From NCBI GenBank assembly GCA_037441645.1, contig JBBIRU010000012.1, positions 86,863 to 150,862 on the forward strand: a stretch of DNA of 64,000 bases, read 5' to 3'. Both the position numbers and the translations under genes were made by a program. Shown here one piece after another: positions 58,753 through 64,000 of this stretch. The notes under the pieces were generated by a model. That model was not told where the DNA came from. It saw nothing but the letters and a program-made list of their open reading frames with translations, and made no database searches. This stretch comes from Bacteroidota bacterium. Its GTDB lineage: Bacteria; Bacteroidota; Bacteroidia; Bacteroidales; GWA2-32-17. Position 1 is the stretch's first letter. Each line of letters starts with the position of its first letter.

Positions 58753-59652
58753 TTACGATACTAATGTTATGCCGGTTAAATCTGCTTTACCATTTTTCAA
58801 AAACTCGTAAGTAATTCGGTCTGCCTGACAGTCAATAAACTGGATACGCTTCAAATTCTTGCATTTAAAGAAGGTATTAATAAGTTTCGAATTTTGGAAG
58901 GTCACTTTGGAAAAAGAGCAGTTGTCAAAATAGCAGTCTTCCAATATTCCATCAAAAACTATATCGGCAATGTGTGTGTTTGTAAATGAAGTAGAATTCA
59001 ATACTGCATTTACAATTGTATTGTTTGCCAAGTTTGCAGCCTTAAACCCTGCTCCGGTAAAATCAGCCCCAGAGAAATTGCAGTTTTTAATGTCACTTAC
59101 TGAAAACTCAGAATCTTTTAGTGTGCAGCCCTTAAATAGATTGTTAGATAAGTTGGAGGTCTGAATTTTGCTGCTACTGATGTCGGAACTTGAGAAGTCA
59201 CAATTGACGACATTGTTGCTTTTTAGAAGAAGTCCCGACATATCTGAACCAACAAACTTGCAGTTCTTCATATTAGAAGCGCTAAATTTTTCTTTCAGAT
59301 TTTTTAAACCTGAAAAGTCAGCGTTCACCCAGTTTCCCTGTGACATATCCCAACTAAGCTTTTTCTTCTGCTTTGTGGATGAGAGCTCAACAGATTGCTT
59401 ATCTATAGGTTCAAGGGTTGTCACTTCAGTGTCTACAGATTGGAAGCTCTCAGAAAAATAGTTAAGGTCAACGCCCAGAATTTCAGCAAGACGATTTAAG
59501 GTAGTGATATCTGGCATAGATTCACCACGTTCCCACTTGCCGACTGCCTGAGAACTGATTGCTACTTGCTGAGCAAGCTCTGCTTGTGAAAGATTAATTT
59601 TCTTTCGTGCTATGGCAATTTTATAGCCAATTGATTTAGAATTTAGCATCAT
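58753..59652 (-). CDS. XRE-family HTH domain fused to a pentapeptide-repeat domain
   Basis: N-terminal IAIARKKINLSQAELAQQVAISSQAVGKWERGESMPDITTLNRLAEILGV. C-terminal tandem A(D/N)LxX-type pentapeptides (ADFSGLKNLKEKFSASNMKNCKFVGSDMSG...CNFSGADFTGAGFKAANLANN). Confidence 0.75.
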   Translation of the reverse strand: MMLNSKSIGYKIAIARKKINLSQAELAQQVAISSQAVGKWERGESMPDITTLNRLAEILGVDLNYFSESFQSVDTEVTTLEPIDKQSVELSSTKQKKKLSWDMSQGNWVNADFSGLKNLKEKFSASNMKNCKFVGSDMSGLLLKSNNVVNCDFSSSDISSSKIQTSNLSNNLFKGCTLKDSEFSVSDIKNCNFSGADFTGAGFKAANLANNTIVNAVLNSTSFTNTHIADIVFDGILEDCYFDNCSFSKVTFQNSKLINTFFKCKNLKRIQFIDCQADRITYEFLKNGKADLTGITLVS

Positions 59653-59824
59653 ATATTTTATTTTTTTGATGCTGTAAAGTTATTTTAATCAATACCATAA
59701 TCCAAAAAAAGTCGGCTACTAATCGTTGTAAATACGCTACTTTTGGTTGTTATTTGACAACCACTGGTGGTTTTAAGGAATTGTTCAAGTATTGTCTTCA
59801 TAAAGTTACTGTCAACATTAGAGT

Positions 59825-59938
59825 TTATATTAAAGCCGGGGCGAAGTAGTCAGCAAACTGCCCACCATTGACTTTACAAACTGTCGTGGTTGTGTGGTCG
59901 TCTAACATTCTGACTAACGTTTTTTTTAATTGTTTCAT
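59825..59938 (-). CDS. Possible small ORF (37 aa) with an internal Gly-Gly motif
   Basis: My hand translation gives MKQLKKTLVRMLDDHTTTTVCKVNGGQFADYFAPALI. A TATATTTG (-7 box-like) sequence lies 14 nt upstream of the ATG. It is too short for the ORF track and has no other support. Confidence 0.2.
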   Translation of the reverse strand: MKQLKKTLVRMLDDHTTTTVCKVNGGQFADYFAPALI

Positions 59939-60018
59939 ATACAACTATTTTGCAAATATACTCTCATTGTCGTCCCCAGAAAAGTTAGCCTTGTAAGTCA
60001 ATTTTGGCGAAACTGTAC

Positions 60019-60149
60019 AGCTAACGGTTCAGTGCAGAATTTGGCGGACAAAGTTTCTTGCAGTATCCTGTCAAACCCCTACGAATTATATTACTTGCAA
60101 TCTTTGTCATAATGTTCCCTGCCTGTTAAGATTTTGTACGATGTTATGT
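60019..60149 (-). repeat. attC-like site D (131 nt, degenerate)
   Basis: + strand AGCTAAC-GGTTCAGTGCAGAATTTGGCGGA ... TGTACGAT-GTTATGT, abutting the stop codon at 60150. The left arm is homologous to sites A and B. The right end TGTACGATGTTATGT resembles TGCACGATATTAGGC of site B. The right arm appears interrupted by about 45 nt. Confidence 0.45.
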
Positions 60150-61217
60150 TTAGTATTTATTTTTATTCATGTCTTTTTTATAATTCTTTACCATTTTTCC
60201 AAAAGCCTTGTCCTTTTTTCGCTTTTCTATAACTGTTGATTCATAATGTGCCTTTTCTTTTTCAATTTTTTGATAGTTGTCATAAGATTCTTTCTCAATT
60301 TCACCACATTCAACAGCTTCAATTACGGCACAACCAGTTTCGAATGTATGAGTGCAATCTTTAAATTTGCAGTTCTGAGAAATTTGAAAAATCAGATCAA
60401 AAGTGATTTCAAATCCATTTGACGCGTCAGCAATACCAACTTCTTTCATGCCAGGATTATCAATTAAGATTCCTCCATTTTCAAGAATTATTAACTCTCG
60501 ATGAGTTGTAATATGCCGTCCTTTATTTGTACTCTGGCTTATTTTATCAGTTTTCATTATGTTATTACCAGAAAGATTATTCAATAAAGTAGATTTTCCT
60601 ACACCTGAGGAACCAAGCAAACAATATGTTTTTCCTTTTTCAATTATCATTCTTATTTTTTCATACCCAACCTTTGTCTCGTTACTTATTGGAATAATTG
60701 TAACGTTTTTAATTCGAATGGTTAGATTTCTTAATATCTCACTCATTTGAAATTCATTAATTAAATCTATTTTACTCAGAACAATTATAGGTTTAACATG
60801 AGATGAGTTACAAATAGTAAGATATCTTTCAAGTCTGTTTATATTAAAATCTCTGTCAATAGCTTGAACTAAAAAGGCAAAGTCAATATTTGTTGCAATA
60901 ATCTGAATTTCTCCAAATTGTCCAATTGCTTGTCTTTTTATAATTGAAAATCTCGGTAATATTTTATGAATTAATGCAAAATCAGAGTCATAAGTTGTCA
61001 ATGCAACCCAATCACCAACTGCAGGAAAATCTTCACGACCTTTTGCAGTAAAACGCATATTACCTGTTATTTCAGCTTCAAAATCACCTTCAGTTGTTTT
61101 AACAATATACCGTTCCTTATGCTCGGCAATAATTCTCCCGGTTTCAAAACTATCTAGATTCTGTTCGACTCTGAATTTTTCAAGATTATCATTGTATCCT
61201 AATTCCTCTAATTTCAT
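60150..61217 (-). CDS. rsgA: Ribosome small-subunit-dependent GTPase A (RsgA/YjeQ)-like protein
   Basis: OB-fold N-terminus (GRIIAEHKERYIVKT...VGDWVAL); circularly permuted GTPase motifs (ATNIDFAFLV, VLSKIDL, LLGSSGVGKSTLLNNL, GRHITTHREL, IDNPGMKE); Zn-knuckle CKFKDCTHTFETGCAV. Confidence 0.8.
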   Translation of the reverse strand: MKLEELGYNDNLEKFRVEQNLDSFETGRIIAEHKERYIVKTTEGDFEAEITGNMRFTAKGREDFPAVGDWVALTTYDSDFALIHKILPRFSIIKRQAIGQFGEIQIIATNIDFAFLVQAIDRDFNINRLERYLTICNSSHVKPIIVLSKIDLINEFQMSEILRNLTIRIKNVTIIPISNETKVGYEKIRMIIEKGKTYCLLGSSGVGKSTLLNNLSGNNIMKTDKISQSTNKGRHITTHRELIILENGGILIDNPGMKEVGIADASNGFEITFDLIFQISQNCKFKDCTHTFETGCAVIEAVECGEIEKESYDNYQKIEKEKAHYESTVIEKRKKDKAFGKMVKNYKKDMNKNKY

Positions 61218-61255
61218 TTTAGTAAATATGCTATTTTGTTTTTTTTAAGTATTAA

Positions 61256-61450
61256 GCATAACGTTGGCTTGAAAAAGCTGGGCTTCCGATAGCTATCGGG
61301 ATAGCCGCAGGGAGAGCCTGTCCCGCTTTGGGCGGGATCAAATTTAAAATATTGGCAACATTTATTTTTGTCTGTACCGTTAATATGTTTGTTTCTTTTT
61401 TCCATTTTCAAGTGGCTGCTGACACCCAATTAATTTGTAGTGTGTTAGGC
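61256..61450 (-). repeat. attC-like site C (195 nt, unusually long, with extra internal hairpins)
   Basis: + strand GCATAAC ... TGTAGTGT-GTTAGGC, lying 7 nt below the stop of the upstream ORF. The right end is homologous to sites A and B. The centre holds two small hairpins: perfect CCGATAG/CTATCGG and TCCCGC-tttgg-GCGGGA. Confidence 0.45.
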
Positions 61451-61457
61451 ACTGGCA

Positions 61458-62579
61458 TTATTTAAGTATCACAAATTCCCGAAAATTATTTTTATCAATC
61501 ACTGTACTGTTGGCGTTATAAGTTTCAGTAAAAGTTTTAGGAAGTTTTATCGAGTTCTTCTTATTCCATTTAAATTCATATCCATAAATTTTGCCATTAT
61601 ACTCTTCAACAAAATCAACTTCTTGTTGCTGCTTTGTCCTCCAAAAATACGTATGTGCCAGGCTTTGCTTATATTCAATTTGCTTTACCCTTTCAGATAT
61701 TAAAAAATTTTCCCATAAAGCACCCTTGTCTGTTCGTAAATCAATAGGATTAAAGTTACCTATTACCATATTTCGAATTCCATTATCATAAAAATAAACT
61801 TTCTTATTTGTTTTTATTTCATTTCGTACATTTCTACTGAATGCCCCAAGTTTAAACACAATATATCCTTTTTGTAAAATATCAATGTATTTACTAATTG
61901 TGTTTTTGTCAACATTTACAGTTTGTGCTAATTCGGAATAATTAACTTCGTTTCCGATCTGAAGGGCTAAAGCCTGCACAAGTTTTTCAAGGATTTCCGG
62001 CTTCCTGATATCGGAATAAGAAAGAATATCTTTGTACAGATAGCTGTTTACTAAATTTTTTAAAATACTAATTTCATCTCCATGGTTATTTAAAACATCA
62101 GGATAAAAGCCATATAACAGCCTGTTTTCAAGTTGTTGCTCAGAATATAAGTATCCGTGATGATTTTCATACTCCTCCCAGGAAATTGGAAATAATTGAT
62201 ATTCCCATTTTCTACCTGTCAACGGTTCATTAATTTTATTTGATAAGTCAAAAGATGATGAACCGCTTGCAAATAATTGGATATCTTTACATCTGTCAGT
62301 TATAATTTTCATTGTAAGACCTATTCCTTCAATTCTCCGGGCTTCATCTATAAATACTATTTTATTTTTCCCAATTATTGTCCTGATTTGTTCAGTATTT
62401 GGGTGTGTTAATATAGTTTTGGTCTTTGGGTCATCGCCGTCTAGAAGCAAATAGTCTTTTTTATTCAAAATAGTTTCAATTAAAGTTGTTTTGCCAACTT
62501 GTCTTGGTCCCATTAGAATAATGGCTTTACCTGAGCCAATACGTTTTTTTATTTTATCCGTCAGTGTTCTGAAATACAT
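61458..62579 (-). CDS. AAA-type ATP-binding protein (AAA_14 + DUF4143 architecture)
   Basis: Walker A LMGPRQVGKTTL, Walker B-like IVFIDEARR, and a C-terminal region typical of DUF4143 proteins (YFWRTKQQQEVDFV). Confidence 0.75.
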   Translation of the reverse strand: MYFRTLTDKIKKRIGSGKAIILMGPRQVGKTTLIETILNKKDYLLLDGDDPKTKTILTHPNTEQIRTIIGKNKIVFIDEARRIEGIGLTMKIITDRCKDIQLFASGSSSFDLSNKINEPLTGRKWEYQLFPISWEEYENHHGYLYSEQQLENRLLYGFYPDVLNNHGDEISILKNLVNSYLYKDILSYSDIRKPEILEKLVQALALQIGNEVNYSELAQTVNVDKNTISKYIDILQKGYIVFKLGAFSRNVRNEIKTNKKVYFYDNGIRNMVIGNFNPIDLRTDKGALWENFLISERVKQIEYKQSLAHTYFWRTKQQQEVDFVEEYNGKIYGYEFKWNKKNSIKLPKTFTETYNANSTVIDKNNFREFVILK

Positions 62580-62599
62580 ATCTTTTTTCTTACAAAGAT

Positions 62600-62633
62600 A
62601 TAACTTTTAGTGATATTATTCACTATAAGTTAT
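62600..62633. promoter_or_regulatory. 14-bp inverted repeat (1 mismatch) upstream of the ATPase cassette gene, a candidate operator
   Basis: ATAACTTTTAGTGA-tattat-TCACTATAAGTTAT, 21-54 nt upstream of the ATG at 62579. A minus-strand TATCTTTG -7 box lies between it and the start. Confidence 0.3.
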
Positions 62634-62667
62634 ATTATTTAGTGGTTGCATTTCTCACAACAATAGT

Positions 62668-62825
62668 CCCTAACGAATTGGTGCATGTTTTCGTAGCGGA
62701 TTCCGGTGAACATCAGCGTCCGTCCCGAGCCTTCGGGAGGACGTGACGGTCATGCGAGTCCCGAAGCATCGGGACCGCCGATTGAACCGGCACGAACCCG
62801 CTATGAAATATGCACGATATTAGGC
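62668..62825 (-). repeat. attC-like site B (158 nt)
   Basis: + strand CCCTAAC-GAATTGGTGCATGTTTTCGTAGCGG ... CCGCTATGAAATATGCACGAT-ATTAGGC, with complementary arms. It shares the 20-nt block GGACGTGACGGTCATGCGAG with site A. It lies 8 nt below the stop of the upstream ORF. Confidence 0.6.
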
Positions 62826-62833
62826 ACTGAACA

Positions 62834-63448
62834 TTATTTTTTAAATTTCCATTGAATCCCTAAACCTGGATAGATTAATTCAACATTTCTATTGTACTTT
62901 ATATTATCAAATGTATCTTTCTCTCTAAGTTTAGTGAATTCGTATGAAATAGATACATAAAAATTTAAATTTTTGTGATTAAAAAACAATAATTTTGTTG
63001 CAGCTTTAATAGATAATCCTTCATGATTTTCTTTATAAACTATTGATGGGATAAGATTGCCAAATTGGTCAACCAATGGTGCTTTAAATCGCAGGAATGA
63101 ATATCCGACACTAAGTTGTGGGATAATAGAGACTTTGGTAATATTTATATCATATTCAAATTTGACTTTTGGGCTGATTATATTCAAGTCGACATCTCCA
63201 ACTTTTAAATTTAAATATGAGGAATAGAGTATTAAACCATATTTAAAATTCGAATTGTTATAAAAGGTATAATCTAGTCCAAAATCAAATTCTCCAGAAT
63301 ACCCTGTTCCAAATGCCCGATTGATAAAGTTATCACCTTGTGGCATGGGGTATCTTACTTCAAGCGCAAGTTTACTGTTATTGTTTTGTGAGAATGAATT
63401 TATAATTACAATAAATGTAATTCCCAATGTTGAAAATATCTTTTTCAT
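62834..63448 (-). CDS. Small outer-membrane beta-barrel protein (OmpW/porin-family-like)
   Basis: Signal peptide MKKIFSTLGITFIVIINSFSQ, alternating-hydrophobicity beta strands, C-terminal GLGIQWKF-KK. Confidence 0.6.
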   Translation of the reverse strand: MKKIFSTLGITFIVIINSFSQNNNSKLALEVRYPMPQGDNFINRAFGTGYSGEFDFGLDYTFYNNSNFKYGLILYSSYLNLKVGDVDLNIISPKVKFEYDINITKVSIIPQLSVGYSFLRFKAPLVDQFGNLIPSIVYKENHEGLSIKAATKLLFFNHKNLNFYVSISYEFTKLREKDTFDNIKYNRNVELIYPGLGIQWKFKK

Positions 63449-63477
63449 ATTTAAAGTTTTTTAATTTAATGTTTTGC

Positions 63478-63610
63478 ACCTAACGGTTTTGCGCAGATGT
63501 TCGTGGCGGATTTTCGGTGATCGTCAGCGTCCAAAGGACGTGACGGTCATGCGAGAATCCGCAGATAGAACCGTTACGCTCCCCGCCATGACATTTGCAC
63601 TGTGTTAGGC
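63478..63610 (-). repeat. attC-like site A (133 nt)
   Basis: + strand ACCTAAC-GGTTTT-GCGCAGATGTTCGTGGCGG ... CCGCCATGACATTTGCAC-TGT-GTTAGGC. The nested inner hairpin is GCGGATTTTCG...CGAGAATCCGC with apex GTCAGCGTCC-aaa-GGACGTGAC. On the cassette-sense strand R'' is GCCTAAC and R' is GTTAGGT, both perfect consensus matches. Confidence 0.6.
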
Positions 63611-63615
63611 TTAGT

Positions 63616-64000
63616 TTATTCTCCATTTTTACTTTCCTGCAATTCTCTAAATACCATTGATATAATATTATCACTTGGGGTAATCTCTGCAAAATGAAGA
63701 GATAATACAAGTTTTAATTTACTTCTAAGAAACTCATCTGGAATCTCGTCACACAATTTAAGTGATTCTTCTATTTTTCTGTCAGCTCTAAGCTTTTCAA
63801 AAAAGTTTGCCATTAATTCTCTACTTTTATTTGACTGAACAAAGAATAAAGCTGAAACAGAGTCTATTATTGTACCAGATATTATCGAAATTATTGAATT
63901 ACTTTGTGTCCAAAAAGATTTTTCTTTATCGACTGTTAGTATTGCGATTACTATTACAGCAAATCCTAAAGCAGCAAAAATTAAACTAAACCAAAAACTA
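63616..64000 (-). CDS. Membrane protein, partial (5' end beyond the window)
   Basis: The minus-strand frame is open to the window edge: ...FWFSLIFAALGFAVIVIAILTVDKEKSFWTQSNSIISIISGTIIDSVSALFFVQSNKSRELMANFFEKL...ESKNGE*. The ORF track lists only the part from the internal Met at 63813. It has at least two hydrophobic helices. Confidence 0.6.
   Translation of the reverse strand, partial: SFWFSLIFAALGFAVIVIAILTVDKEKSFWTQSNSIISIISGTIIDSVSALFFVQSNKSRELMANFFEKLRADRKIEESLKLCDEIPDEFLRSKLKLVLSLHFAEITPSDNIISMVFRELQESKNGE

Larger units (their letters stand above)
58665..64000 (-). mobile_element. Integron-type gene-cassette array: co-oriented ORFs each followed by an attC-like site. No integrase lies in the window, and the array continues past the window end
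   Basis: Five imperfect palindromes bounded by RYYYAAC/GTTRRRY-type boxes sit directly 3' of consecutive minus-strand ORFs. The sites share arm homology with each other. The ORFs are AT-rich and the sites GC-richer. Confidence 0.6.

Noticed and set aside
61214-61429. 71-aa ORF (minus strand) between the RsgA-like and ATPase genes
   Set aside because: It lies entirely within the palindromic attC-like site C. Its sequence is driven by hairpin repeats (…SGTGSPCGYPDSYRKP…) and it overlaps the rsgA-like start, so it is most likely spurious.
63480-63710. 76-aa ORF (minus strand) spanning attC-like site A
   Set aside because: It reads through the palindrome and overlaps the 3' end of the real membrane-protein ORF in another frame, so it is a repeat-derived artefact.
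58665-64000. Could the regularly spaced conserved palindromes be a CRISPR array?
   Set aside because: The repeats are 51-195 nt, imperfect and unequal. The 'spacers' are 0.6-1.3 kb and contain full-length ORFs with starts and stops. No cas genes are present, so this is not CRISPR.

Overview
This 64 kb window looks like a low-GC Bacteroidota chromosome. The signs are type A and type B T9SS C-terminal sorting domains, a DUF5683 gene after parAB, and TAnnTTTG -7 promoter boxes. Positions 1-58.7 kb are mostly ordinary core genes: ychF (3' end), holA, amn, lpxK, a purine nucleoside phosphorylase, an MscS channel, a fused E1 alpha/beta keto-acid dehydrogenase, lnt, a TPR-SpoIIE phosphatase, a TonB-dependent receptor, a LuxR regulator, an 1836-aa repeat adhesin, an MBOAT + 2x SGNH + LysM lytic-transglycosylase cluster, parAB and a complete 14-gene nuoA-N operon. 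The most interesting signal starts at the nuoN stop codon and runs to the window end (58.7-64 kb). There, a run of AT-rich, co-oriented minus-strand ORFs are each followed by a GC-richer imperfect palindrome bounded by RYYYAAC / GTTRRRY boxes. I read this as an integron-type gene-cassette array with attC-like sites. No integrase is visible in the window, so it would lie beyond 64000, or the array is a CALIN (attC cluster lacking an integrase). Cassettes carry a membrane protein, an outer-membrane beta-barrel, a DUF4143-type ATPase, an RsgA-like GTPase and possibly an HTH-pentapeptide-repeat protein. Secondary observations:
- a palindromic repeat family inserted between nuoD and nuoE
- a perfect 20-bp palindrome touching the LuxR start codon
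- a frameshifted OmpA-family gene
- a possible peptidoglycan O-acetylation cluster
- a cytoplasmic trypsin-like protease gene pair
- an atypical NuoF FMN-loop motif
All calls come from reading the sequence and motif recall. No searches were run.
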